13,496 nt of DNA from Terrimicrobiaceae bacterium (GCA_041752695.1 JBGSVZ010000052.1:1-13496), one strand, 5' to 3'; counted from the stretch's first letter, positions 1 to 8,511 are shown. A program made the numbers and translations. Notes: a model not told the origin generated them from the letters alone.

Positions 1-2
1 TG

Positions 3-293
3 CTGCACTTCACGCGCAAGCTCATCGCCCTGCGCGCGAAACATTCCGCGTTGGGCAACGCCGCCGCCTTTCGCCCGCTCTACGCCGAAGCCGGACGTTA
101 TCCGTTCGTCTATGAACGCAGCGACGCGACCGGCCGTTTCGCCATTGCCGTCAACCCCGGCGAGCCGGGCTGTAGCGTCACGCTCCCCGAGTTCAAAAGA
201 GCCAAACTCGTGCTCAGCGCTGGCGCCAAACTCAGCGGCCACCAGCTCGACCTCACCGGCGTCGCCTTCGCCATCTTGAAACTCAAGGCGTAA
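3..293 (+). CDS. Glycoside hydrolase family 13 (alpha-amylase/alpha-glucosidase-type) protein, C-terminal part; 5' end lies outside the window
   Basis: The frame is open from position 3 and reads LHFTRKLIALRAKHSALGN...YPFVYERS...FAIAVNP...TAA(291-293). 'LLxFxRKLIALRxxHxAL' followed by a beta-sandwich tail (xxYxR...xxVAxN) is the typical GH13 C-terminus. The TTG start at 51 is therefore not the real start. Confidence 0.8.
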   Translation: MHFTRKLIALRAKHSALGNAAAFRPLYAEAGRYPFVYERSDATGRFAIAVNPGEPGCSVTLPEFKRAKLVLSAGAKLSGHQLDLTGVAFAILKLKA

Positions 294-321
294 TCGCGAA
301 CACCCACCTGCCGATTCCCGA

Positions 322-400
322 AAGGTAGAACGCGATGTCCCCAACGCGTTGCGGCGACGCCGCTCCGAACCAGCGTGCTGGGGACAACCCGCTCCACCTT
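322..400. repeat. Inverted REP doublet (REPIN-like, GTAG/GTGG type) between convergent genes
   Basis: 322-350 AAGGTAGAACGCGATGTCCCCAACGCGTT matches the reverse complement of 372-400, AAGGTGGAGCGGGTTGTCCCCAGCACGCT, at 22/29 positions. Each unit is GT(A/G)G followed by its own short palindrome (AACGCG..CGCGTT; AGCG..CGCT). Confidence 0.75.
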
Positions 401-412
401 CGCTCAGCCCGC

Positions 413-1019
413 TCAAAACTCCTCGTCCTTCACGCGGGTGATGAATTTCTTCAAAACCCGATAACGGATTTGCCCCGTGCCGATTGCGCCGCGATCGTTT
501 TCGCTGGCGTGAACGTGGATGCAGCACGAGCCGAGCGCACGTAGAGCCGCGACGGGATCGCGTTCTTCGATGTGCATGTGGCACGTACCGGCCATGAGCG
601 CCCCCGCCGGGTTCGTCGCCGCATCCACATGCGTGCGCCATCGGCGCAGAGGTTGAGCACGTTGGTCTCGAAACGGTTGATCGGGTCCAGCGCCAAACAC
701 ACCGGGCACTCGGCCGCCACGCGGAGAGTCGCTCGATCAAGCGGGCCTGCAACTCGGCTCGCATCCCGGGCGCGAAGTCACCGGCCGGATGATACAGCGG
801 GCCGATCACCAGCGACGCGCCAAACCCCTGCGCCGTATCCGCCAGCCGGTTTATGAAATCGCTCCAACGCACCGCCGCAGCCGCAGCGCCCACCGTCGAC
901 GCTCCCGGCTGCAACGCACTGGAGACCGACACACCGACGCCCAAATCACGCAGTTCCCTCGCGAGCGCGGCAAATGCCGTCGGCTGCGGATCGAACGCCG
1001 GCACTTCAATCCACTCACG
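413..1019 (-). pseudogene. Sugar phosphate isomerase/epimerase (D-tagatose/D-psicose 3-epimerase-like) pseudogene; frameshifted and truncated at both ends
   Basis: Homology is spread over three minus frames. 1019-720: WIEVPAFDP...ELRDLGVGVSVS...LADTAQGFGASLVIGPLYHPAG. 720-628: VCLALDPINRFETNVLN (cf. LEPLNRFE). 628-413: GTCHMHIEERDP...HVHASENDRGAIGTGQI (cf. DTFHMNIEE...HFHxxENxRGxPGxG). There is no intact start and the C-terminal segment is missing. Confidence 0.85.
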
Positions 1020-1455
1020 CGACCGATGCGCTCATCCTTGGCGCGCAAGACGAAGTGCATGGCAACCGGGTGCCGCTGTCCGAGGGCCGTCAACCGTGCG
1101 GGCCGCTTGGTGAAATCGGGACCGAGCAAGGAATTTCAATACGGGCTGCGCACCTCGCCCATGGATTCGGTCGTGTTGCATTTTGCCGGTGGCGGGAGCT
1201 TCCGCGATGCGCACGGTTTCAAGAAGCGACTCAGAAAAAACACGCAAGCGTGGTAGACCTCGCGTGTCGCGACTGATCGAATTTCGCTGCGCAGCTACTG
1301 TGCCTTGCGACTCCGGCGGCGGCCCAGCGCGGCAAAAACCTGATGCGCTCACTCCAAGGAGAACCGCTACAGATGCCGCAGTCCCAAAGGTAGTGCTCGT
1401 CGTGAGCGATGCTGTTTCTCTTGAGGAAGCAAATTGCGACTTCTGAAACCCGCGG

Positions 1456-1469
1456 TTTAACCTATTTAC
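1456..1469. promoter_or_regulatory. Candidate operator motif upstream of the 1727 gene
   Basis: TTTAACCTATTTAC is 11/14 identical to TTCAACCTATTAAA at the lacI-family start (12575-12588) and shares TTTAACCT with 5921-5928. Confidence 0.3.
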
Positions 1470-1726
1470 TCACTGCCGCCTTGAAAGCCCTTGTTTACGA
1501 ACGAATCCTGATGTTCAAGGGAAGTATTGTTCTCACGGTTGCCCGCCAGCGCTTTTTGTTTCTCCTCTTTAAATCCACCGCTAATCCCTTTTGCATGCCG
1601 TTCCTGATCCGCTCCGAATTTCTCTTGGTCGGAACGCTGGTGCGCTCAAGTGAAGATGAATCAGGGATAGCCAAACACGCTGCGCAACTGGAGGCGGGTA
1701 AATAAGAGGCTCCAGCATCCGTATTT

Positions 1727-3748
1727 ATGAATCACAACGATGGCGCTTCTTTCGAACCATTAAGTCTCCCGGCTTCGCTTGCCGCCACTCTGGACGGATG
1801 GCTGGCAGCTCCCGTGGTGAGTACGATTGCCGGCCGAGACTTGGTGGAATCCTCTCTCGATCCTTCTGCTCAGGCGGGCACCTTCGCCGGAACCGGTGAT
1901 GCCAATGGACTCGTCATTCATCGAAAGCAGATCACGGAAACCGACTGTGTTGATGTTCATTGGCGTGCCGAGACGAGTCGCGCGCTGCGGCACGTTTCCA
2001 TCCGTCAGACCGTTGCTCTTGATCTGGCCCCAGCCAGCTACATCATTGCCCCCGGCGCGGTTTATGCCGGCAACCGCTTCCTTGTCTCGCCGCAGCCTTA
2101 CTGTCCGTACATCCCAGCTGAGGGAGTGGAGCCGGATGGCCCCATCCTGATCGCCGACCTTCCCCGGCTGACCAGCGACACCGGCTATCGCCTCGAGCTG
2201 GCTGCCAATGCGTTGACCACTCCTTTCGTCGGCATCTATGACCCCAAGAGCGGTAGGGGAGCGCTGGTGGAGATCCAGATTTATGGGAGTTGGGGTGTCA
2301 GCGGTGTGACACTTACCACGCTGCCCGGCGAGCCGGTTTCGGTCACGATCACGCTGCCGGTTCAACGCGTCCGGCGCTACCAGTTCTGCGACTGGACCGA
2401 TGCCAATGAACCGGGAATGGATCTCGCTGTCGGTCAGACCATCGAGGTCCGCTTGCGGGTCATTCCGGTGAAAGCGGCGTCGATTCCAGAATTTGTTGGA
2501 GCGCTGAGCCGGCGGGCTTATGCGGCGATGGACCGGGGCGCGCTTGCTTCACGCCAGAACCTGGCTGTCAAACTCCGGGAAGCGGCAGATTTGGTGGAGG
2601 CGAAATACGACCGGCTGAATTGGGATGAAGCGCAAGGGTTTTATCGGACGATTCAGCATGGACAGAAGAGTTTATTCGTTCTGCAAAGCGGTTGGTCGGG
2701 TGGTGCGGTGACGATGCGCGGGCTGATTCAATCTCCCGATCCCGCGCGTCGGGAACGCGCGCGCCGGATGTTAGGCTTCCTCTGTTCGGCAGCGGCACCG
2801 AGCGGCTATTTTTACGGGGCCTGGGACGATAAGACGTGGCGGAGCTACCACGTCAAGCGACCGGGGTGCAGGCAGTTCACGCTGGTGCGCCGGCCTCTCG
2901 AACTGGGGCGGGACATTCTCTTTGCCATGGATGCGCTGGAGACTCGGGGTGAATCTCTTGAGCCGCTTTGGGAGAAGACCGCCCAACGGTTTCTGGACGC
3001 GGTTGTCCGTACAGAACAGAAGTTTGGTCATCTTGGCTACAGCGTGGATCCGGAGACGGGCGATGTGCTTTGGGGTATCAGCACCTGTGGAGCATTTGCG
3101 CTGGAGGCACTGGTGCGGGGGTATCGGCGATTTGGTGCGGTCGGGGTTCTTGAGACCGCGGAACGCCTTGCAGCCTTCTATCGAGAGGAATATCTCCTGA
3201 AGGGATTCACCTGCGGTGGCGTGGGTGACGCGCTGATGGCGGCGGACTCGGAGAGCAATTATGCACTGATGGCCGGACTGGTCCATCTTCATGAAGTCAC
3301 GCGCAATCCCGCCCATTTGGCATGGGCGGTCGAGGCCGCAGATCTGTTTCAGACATGGATCCTGCATTACGATGCGAAGCTTCCCGAGGGCACGCCGCTG
3401 GAGCGTCTCGGCATCGAGCCGCGCGGAGCGGTCTTTGCCAATACGCAAAACCTGCACGGTGCGCCGGGAATCTACGTCGCGTCGGGTATTGAACTGGCCA
3501 CGCTGGCTGAGCGCACCGGAGACGAACGCTTCCTGGTTTTGCTCAAGGAGATCACCGGTTGCATCCCGCAGATGGTGGTGCGCCAAGGGCAGGGGACCAT
3601 CTGGGGCGATCTCCCCATCGGGTCGGTCAGCGAGCGGCTGATGACGATGGATGGATTGCGGCTCTGCGGGGAGACCGAGCTCATTGACACTTTCGGAAAT
3701 GTTACGATGGTCTGCGCAAATGAATTGCCAGCCCGCGTGCTGAACTAG
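1727..3748 (+). CDS. Uncharacterized 673-aa protein, probable (alpha/alpha)6 six-hairpin glycosidase-like fold with an N-terminal beta-rich domain
   Basis: Long ORF, ATG to TAG, with GC3-biased codons. The C-terminal half has helical-hairpin patterns (LVRGYRRFG..VLETAERLAAFY; LVHLHEVTRNPAHLAWAVEAADLF; LAERTGDERFL) and conserved-looking loops QSGWSGG, DSESNYA and GAVFANTQNLHGAPG. No clear signal peptide. The fold call is pattern-based. Confidence 0.7.
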   Translation: MNHNDGASFEPLSLPASLAATLDGWLAAPVVSTIAGRDLVESSLDPSAQAGTFAGTGDANGLVIHRKQITETDCVDVHWRAETSRALRHVSIRQTVALDLAPASYIIAPGAVYAGNRFLVSPQPYCPYIPAEGVEPDGPILIADLPRLTSDTGYRLELAANALTTPFVGIYDPKSGRGALVEIQIYGSWGVSGVTLTTLPGEPVSVTITLPVQRVRRYQFCDWTDANEPGMDLAVGQTIEVRLRVIPVKAASIPEFVGALSRRAYAAMDRGALASRQNLAVKLREAADLVEAKYDRLNWDEAQGFYRTIQHGQKSLFVLQSGWSGGAVTMRGLIQSPDPARRERARRMLGFLCSAAAPSGYFYGAWDDKTWRSYHVKRPGCRQFTLVRRPLELGRDILFAMDALETRGESLEPLWEKTAQRFLDAVVRTEQKFGHLGYSVDPETGDVLWGISTCGAFALEALVRGYRRFGAVGVLETAERLAAFYREEYLLKGFTCGGVGDALMAADSESNYALMAGLVHLHEVTRNPAHLAWAVEAADLFQTWILHYDAKLPEGTPLERLGIEPRGAVFANTQNLHGAPGIYVASGIELATLAERTGDERFLVLLKEITGCIPQMVVRQGQGTIWGDLPIGSVSERLMTMDGLRLCGETELIDTFGNVTMVCANELPARVLN

Positions 3749-3773
3749 TGATTCGCGCAGTGAACCTAAATTT

Positions 3774-5618
3774 ATGAATATCGACATCGTTCCGCCCTCC
3801 CGGCAACTCAAACAGATCGATCTCGCCGCCGACCTGGTAGTCGTCGGTGGGGGCATGGCAGGGGTCTGTGCCGCCCTTGCAGCAGCGCGGAATGGGGCCT
3901 CGGTCGTCTTGGTGCAGGATCGATCTGTGCTGGGCGGCAATGCCTCGCGGGAGATCCGCATGCACATTGTAGGCGCGGACTCGCATGGGCACAAACCGGG
4001 CGCGCGCGAGACCGGATTGATCGAGGAATTACGCCTCGAGGACGCTGTCCGGAATCCGCATCGCAGCTACGCGCTGTGGGATCTCCTACTTTACGAGAAG
4101 GTGAAGGCGGAGTCGAACATTATGTTGCTTCTCGACACAACCTGCGTGAGTGCAGAGGTCGTGGGGGAGGCGGACTGTTCCCGCCGGATCCGGGCGGTGC
4201 ATGCGGTCAGGCACTCGACAGAGGATCAATTCCGGATCGAGGCCCCGTTCTTTGCTGACTGTAGCGGCGACGGACGACTCGGGCTGGAGGCGGGCGCCGA
4301 TTGCACGGAAGGGAGGGAGGCCCGCGCGAGCTACGGCGAGGAACATGCGCCGGAGAAGGCCGATAATGCCCGGCTGGGGAGTTCCATCATGTTTATGGCG
4401 CGGGAATATCCGACGGCACAACGTTTCCTTGCTCCGGATTGGATTCGCAAGTTCTCGCGCTCGGAGTTTCAGGGTCACAGGGACGTGTTCAGTTACGAAT
4501 ACGGCTATTGGTGGTTCGAGTGGGGTGGGCATCTCGACACCGTGAAGGATAATGAGAAAATCCGGCACGAGCTCCTGCGGATTGCGCTCGGGGTCTGGGA
4601 TTACGTGAAGAATTCCGGGGATCATCCGGGGGCGGCCAACTATGCGTTGGACTGGGTGGCTCCGATCTCCGGCAAGCGGGAGAGCCGACGATTCCTTGGC
4701 CGTCACGTGCTGACTGGGCAGGATGTTTTCAATCCTAACGCGCGACCTGATGGCGTGGCTTACGGTGGGTGGCCGATTGATTTACACCCGATCGAGGGCG
4801 TAGATGCTCCCGAAAAGCCTGCCTGCGTGCACCACGGCTTTCCTCACCTCTATAGCATCCCTTACGGCTGTTACTGCTCGCGAAACGTGGAGAATTTGTT
4901 TTTCGCAGGCCGCAACATCAGTGCGACACACGTCGCCTTTGGCAGCACGCGCGTGATGGCCACGTGCGCGATTGGAGGCCAGGCTGTCGGCACGGCGGCG
5001 GCTCTCCTCACAGCCCGCCAATCGGCTTCCACCGCAGATCTCGCCCATCCCGAAGGTTGGAAAGTCCTTCAGCAATGTCTGGCCAGAAACGATGCCTTCC
5101 TGCCTGGAGTCATCAACGAGGACGCGGGGGATTTGGCGAAATCTGCCCGGCTGACCGCAAGTTCGCAGTCTCCCGAGGCTCCCACTGCTGCTGTGGCAGA
5201 TGGCATTACCCGTAATCTGCGCGGGGCCTGGGGTCCGTGGTCCGCCGATACGACACACCTTTGGAAGTCGGCGACGCTTCCCGCAACGCTGCGCTTGGAA
5301 TTGCCTGCTCCGACCCCACTCGCGGAGATTCATCTGACTTTTGATACCGGACTCGAGCGGGAGCTGATGCTGAGCGGCAGCGACAAGGCAACGGCAAAGA
5401 TCGTGCGCGGCCCACAACCCGAGACGGCGCAGCACTACAAGGTCATGGTCGATGGCAAGCTGCTGGTCGAGGAAACCTTCAACTACCTGCGCAAACGTGT
5501 GCATCCCGTGGTGTCGTCCGAACCGGTTCGCTTAGTCGAATTGGAAATCCTCTCGACCCATGGCGTGCCTGAGGCGAGGGTTTTTGATGTCCGGCTCTTC
5601 GCCCGCGAAGACCGTTAA
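3774..5618 (+). CDS. FAD-dependent oxidoreductase (FAD_oxidored/PF12831-type) with a C-terminal galactose-binding-like beta-sandwich domain
   Basis: N-terminal Rossmann motif VVVGGGMAGVCAALAAARNG, followed by LGGNASREIR, DCSGDG, GKRESRRFLG, GGWPIDLHP and YSIPY...NLFFAGRNISATHVAFGSTRVMAT, all characteristic of this family. The C-terminus (ARLTASS...AVADGITR...W...EIHLTFDT...ARVFDVRLF) resembles a discoidin/F5-8-like domain. It starts 25 nt after the upstream stop. Confidence 0.9.
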   Translation: MNIDIVPPSRQLKQIDLAADLVVVGGGMAGVCAALAAARNGASVVLVQDRSVLGGNASREIRMHIVGADSHGHKPGARETGLIEELRLEDAVRNPHRSYALWDLLLYEKVKAESNIMLLLDTTCVSAEVVGEADCSRRIRAVHAVRHSTEDQFRIEAPFFADCSGDGRLGLEAGADCTEGREARASYGEEHAPEKADNARLGSSIMFMAREYPTAQRFLAPDWIRKFSRSEFQGHRDVFSYEYGYWWFEWGGHLDTVKDNEKIRHELLRIALGVWDYVKNSGDHPGAANYALDWVAPISGKRESRRFLGRHVLTGQDVFNPNARPDGVAYGGWPIDLHPIEGVDAPEKPACVHHGFPHLYSIPYGCYCSRNVENLFFAGRNISATHVAFGSTRVMATCAIGGQAVGTAAALLTARQSASTADLAHPEGWKVLQQCLARNDAFLPGVINEDAGDLAKSARLTASSQSPEAPTAAVADGITRNLRGAWGPWSADTTHLWKSATLPATLRLELPAPTPLAEIHLTFDTGLERELMLSGSDKATAKIVRGPQPETAQHYKVMVDGKLLVEETFNYLRKRVHPVVSSEPVRLVELEILSTHGVPEARVFDVRLFAREDR

Positions 5619-5646
5619 GGGCAATGCCGTTCGGAGATTTTTGGCT

Positions 5647-5810
5647 TTCATGCCGGAGGGATATCGGACCATAGCCGGTGGTGCCCAACCACCGGGGGTT
5701 CGTTCGCGCGCGACCCCGCCCCGGCAGGGGCGGGGTGGTGTTTTTTCGGGTTCCGGGGCTTCGGCTTCGCTCCACCACCGGCTAGGTTCCTTAAATGCCA
5801 CCGGCATGAA
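5647..5810. repeat. REP/REPIN-like nested palindromic element (164 bp)
   Basis: Outer perfect inverted repeat TTCATGCCGG (5647-5656)/CCGGCATGAA (5801-5810). Inner perfect 12-bp inverted repeat TAGCCGGTGGTG (5672-5683)/CACCACCGGCTA (5773-5784). Local hairpins CCGGTGGT-GCCCA-ACCACCGG (5675-5695) and 5713-5736. Confidence 0.8.
5713..5746 (+). terminator. Possible intrinsic terminator after the FAD oxidoreductase gene, embedded in the repeat element
   Basis: Perfect 10-bp stem ACCCCGCCCC-GGCA-GGGGCGGGGT with a GNRA tetraloop, followed by GGTG and a T6 run (5741-5746). The T-run is offset 4 nt from the stem. Confidence 0.45.
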
Positions 5811-5920
5811 GGTTGAGATTGACCTGAACGCCATCCTCCATCCGTTGCGATCTGCCATTGGTCGAGAATATGCAAATTTGAGTGGGTCCCTGCCGCAACG
5901 GTTGTTCCCGTCTCATTGGA

Positions 5921-5934
5921 TTTAACCTGATTAG
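5921..5934. promoter_or_regulatory. Candidate operator motif upstream of the CBM/GH2 operon
   Basis: TTTAACCTGATTAG begins 60 nt upstream of GTG 5981, and its first 8 nt are identical to 1456-1463. Confidence 0.25.
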
Positions 5935-5980
5935 CGGCTATAGATTTGCTTTGCGGGCTGCGGGTGTTAAGGGTTCTATC

Positions 5981-6556
5981 GTGAAAATTCCCCTCTTGCT
6001 CGCGTCACTCGTCCTCATCACAACGATTTGCACACCCCTCTGTGCGGAGGATGTCAATATTCTCGAAGAAGGAGATTTCGAGATGACGAAGGATGGGATG
6101 CCCGCTGGCTTCAATTGGGGAGGCTTTGCGGGAGATTCTTCGGTGACCCCCAATCGTTTCGCATTGGTAACCGAGGACAGCCAGTTCGTGAGGATCTCGG
6201 TGCCGCCGGATACCGGGAAAGAACTTGCCACTGTGTTTCTGCGCGAAGGGATTCCGGCCCCGACCGACTGGGTGGCGCTGAAAATTTCGGTGAAGCTGCG
6301 TCTGCGCGATTATGTGCAGGGTGTCGAGCCTTGGCAGGGAGTTAAGGTCTTCGTGCAGTTTCTGGACGCGCAGCAGCAACCCCTCGGCGGGGAGGTTTCG
6401 GCGATTTCGTTGAAGGAGGATACGGCGGATTGGTCTAGCTTCAATACGGAAGTCCAGATTCCCCCAGGGACGGAAAGTTTCACTCTGTCCGCAGGGATCT
6501 TCGGTTCCTCCGGAGAGGTTGATATTGACGATTTGGCGATCTTTCCGGTCAAATGA
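5981..6556 (+). CDS. Secreted carbohydrate-binding-module-like protein (CBM4/9-like beta-sandwich), 191 aa
   Basis: GTG at 5981 (in frame with ORF 5882..6556) gives the signal peptide MKIPLLLASLVLITTICTPLCA|EDV. The mature part starts NILEEGDFE (cf. NLLxNGxFE) and ends DWSSFNTEVQIPPGT...GEVDIDDLAI, typical CBM4/9-like termini. Its stop overlaps the next ATG (ATGA, 6553-6556). Confidence 0.75.
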   Translation: MKIPLLLASLVLITTICTPLCAEDVNILEEGDFEMTKDGMPAGFNWGGFAGDSSVTPNRFALVTEDSQFVRISVPPDTGKELATVFLREGIPAPTDWVALKISVKLRLRDYVQGVEPWQGVKVFVQFLDAQQQPLGGEVSAISLKEDTADWSSFNTEVQIPPGTESFTLSAGIFGSSGEVDIDDLAIFPVK

Positions 6557-8511
6557 CTTTCGAGTTGCGGAGAGTCTCCGCGTTTGGTTTTTTCCGGATG
6601 CTTGTCGGGGCGATGTTCGCGGCGATTCCGTTGACATGCCTCGCCAGTGCTATTGCGGAGATGCGCGGGGACGAGGTGGCGCAGTGGGAAAAAACTCCTG
6701 CCACCGTGCTGTCGGCAAAGCGCGGCGAGATGGTTTTGAACGACTTGTGGCTCTTCCAACCGGCGATGGGTGCGGCGGCGGATGCTCCCTCGGGTCAATG
6801 GGGATGGATCCGCGTGCCGGGGTCGTGGGATCGCGGATCGTGGGAGACCGGTCGGTATGAGGGAGTGCTCGCGCTTGGCAAGGGCGGAGCTTGGGAAGGC
6901 CTGAAAACGGAGACTCCCAGTCAGGCATTTCCGGTTCTTGCACTGCGAGGCGTGGACCGTGCGTGGTTTCAGCGTGATGTGACCATTCCGCCGGACTGGG
7001 CGGGACGGCGGGTGGTGCTCGATCTCGAGCGTGTGGCCACGGACGCCAAAGTCTTTGTTAATGGAAAGCCATGCGGTTCGATCCAATGGCCGGGAGGCAC
7101 GGCGGATGTCACGGCAGCGATCAAGCCCGGCGCGCTCAATACGATCCGTCTGCTCGTGATTGCAACCGGGGATGGTAAGGAAGTGCTTCAATACATGGAC
7201 GCCCACATCGCCACGAAGTCCGAGGCTATTCTCAAGCATCGCGGGATCATCGGAGACGTCGTGCTCTTTTCCGAACCTTCCGCTGGACGGATCGACGGCA
7301 TTTTCACAAAACCCTCAGTGCGCAACAAGGAACTCGGCCTCGATATCGAGTTGGCCGGGATCCAATCCGGAGGCCCTGCCAAGCTGGATGCCACAGTCAT
7401 CAACATCCAAACAGGCGAGACAGAAAAGACATGGGAGCTTAACGTGGAGATTCCGCAGCCAGATGCAGACGGCCAAGCTATGCTCCGGGACGTGAAGCTG
7501 CCATGGGAAAATCCCAAGCTCTGGGATTACAAGCAGCCGAATCTTTACACGCTGAAGCTCGCGCTCAATGGCGCCGGGCTCGACGACGAGTTCACCCAGC
7601 GATTCGGGTTTCGCGAGTTCCGGATTGCCGGGAGACAGTTCCTACTCAATGAGCGTCCCTACAATTTTCAACTGCACGGCCTCGGCGACCCTACGATTCC
7701 CTTCGTCGCCGCGAATCAAATCGACAGCCTTCTTGCCGTGAACGTGAACGCCGCAGAGATGTGGCCAAATCCCGATCTCATCCGCGGAAATGCCAACACC
7801 CGTGCGCTTGTGGCCAGAGTCGCTGATGAAAAAGGTCTGCCTCTCATGGTCGGGATTAGCGATCCGACCGGAATATTTGACCCCGCGGAGCCCGACGTTT
7901 CTCCCGAGACCTTTGCCGCATGGCAGAAAGTGATGGAACGCAGCTGGAAACAACTTCGCAACTCGCCCTCCGTCGTCGTGCTACTTGTCGCGGGAAATCG
8001 TTTTTCCCACGCGGACGACCAGAATCCCCTGCGTGTAGGAAACCGGAAAAACCTGGACTTCGACGCCATCTGGAAGCGCACGAAAGCGGAGCCGGGAAAC
8101 AAACTCATCGAGGCCATCAAAGCCCTCGATCCCACCCGCCCAGTCACGTCCCACCACAATGCCAATGTTGGGGATTTTCAAACGAGCAATAATTACCTCA
8201 ATCTTCTCCCATTGCAGGAACGTGAGGATTGGTTGTCCGTCTGGGCAAAGTCCGGCGATATGCCATTTTCTGCGGTCGAATTCGACGCTCCTTTTGCGGC
8301 AACGATGAATCGTGGACGCAAAGGTTGGGTAGGCGAGTCTACCACGGAGCCTTGGTTAACCGAGTTTCTCTCGATCTATCAAGGCGCGAAGGCGTATGAC
8401 GAAGAGGACCCCGCCTATCGCGGAATGATCGCCCGCAATTTCGTCTCCGGACAAGACTACAAAGGACTCGATATCACGACATCAAAAGCCTTTCTTCCTT
8501 TCACGGCGTGA
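6553..8511 (+). CDS. GH2-like glycoside hydrolase, N-terminal ORF of the split gene (signal peptide, sugar-binding domain, Ig domain, most of the TIM barrel)
   Basis: LNDLWLFQP, IRVPGSW, AWFQRDVTIPPDWAGRRVVLDLERV..AKVFVNGK, GIIGDVVL, PKLWDYKQPNLYTL, RFGFREFRIAGRQFLLNERP, ADEKGL, RNSPSVV, IKALDPTRPV, PFSAVEF. The N-terminus is a hydrophobic signal ending ASAIA. Confidence 0.8.
   Translation: MTFELRRVSAFGFFRMLVGAMFAAIPLTCLASAIAEMRGDEVAQWEKTPATVLSAKRGEMVLNDLWLFQPAMGAAADAPSGQWGWIRVPGSWDRGSWETGRYEGVLALGKGGAWEGLKTETPSQAFPVLALRGVDRAWFQRDVTIPPDWAGRRVVLDLERVATDAKVFVNGKPCGSIQWPGGTADVTAAIKPGALNTIRLLVIATGDGKEVLQYMDAHIATKSEAILKHRGIIGDVVLFSEPSAGRIDGIFTKPSVRNKELGLDIELAGIQSGGPAKLDATVINIQTGETEKTWELNVEIPQPDADGQAMLRDVKLPWENPKLWDYKQPNLYTLKLALNGAGLDDEFTQRFGFREFRIAGRQFLLNERPYNFQLHGLGDPTIPFVAANQIDSLLAVNVNAAEMWPNPDLIRGNANTRALVARVADEKGLPLMVGISDPTGIFDPAEPDVSPETFAAWQKVMERSWKQLRNSPSVVVLLVAGNRFSHADDQNPLRVGNRKNLDFDAIWKRTKAEPGNKLIEAIKALDPTRPVTSHHNANVGDFQTSNNYLNLLPLQEREDWLSVWAKSGDMPFSAVEFDAPFAATMNRGRKGWVGESTTEPWLTEFLSIYQGAKAYDEEDPAYRGMIARNFVSGQDYKGLDITTSKAFLPFTA

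Noticed and set aside
1003..1023. CTTCAATCCACTCACGCGAC resembles the end of a type I-C CRISPR repeat
   Set aside because: Single occurrence, no spacer periodicity and no cas genes. It is explained as the antisense of the W-I-E-V codons of the epimerase remnant.
1444..1460. TGAAACC-CGC-GGTTTAA palindrome similar to TGAAACC-GTAG-GGTTTGA at 10971
   Set aside because: The spacing differs, and the second site is better explained as the REP hairpin in a 3' region, so it is not supportable as a shared operator.
1409..1705. 98-aa + strand ORF
   Set aside because: AT-rich, atypical codon use, no recognisable motif. It lies across the likely promoter region of the 1727 gene.
2771..3994. 407-aa minus ORF and other long antisense ORFs (1760-2365, 4782-5504, 6310-7239, 9889-10551)
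   Set aside because: Shadow ORFs opposite well-supported genes in GC-rich DNA, with no motifs of their own.
5479..5925. Several overlapping 75-121-aa ORFs across the palindromic element
   Set aside because: Low-complexity G/P/R translations produced by the GC-rich repeat.
5882..5980. Longer GTG start for the CBM-like gene
   Set aside because: The extension precedes a clean signal peptide that starts at GTG 5981 and covers probable promoter sequence.
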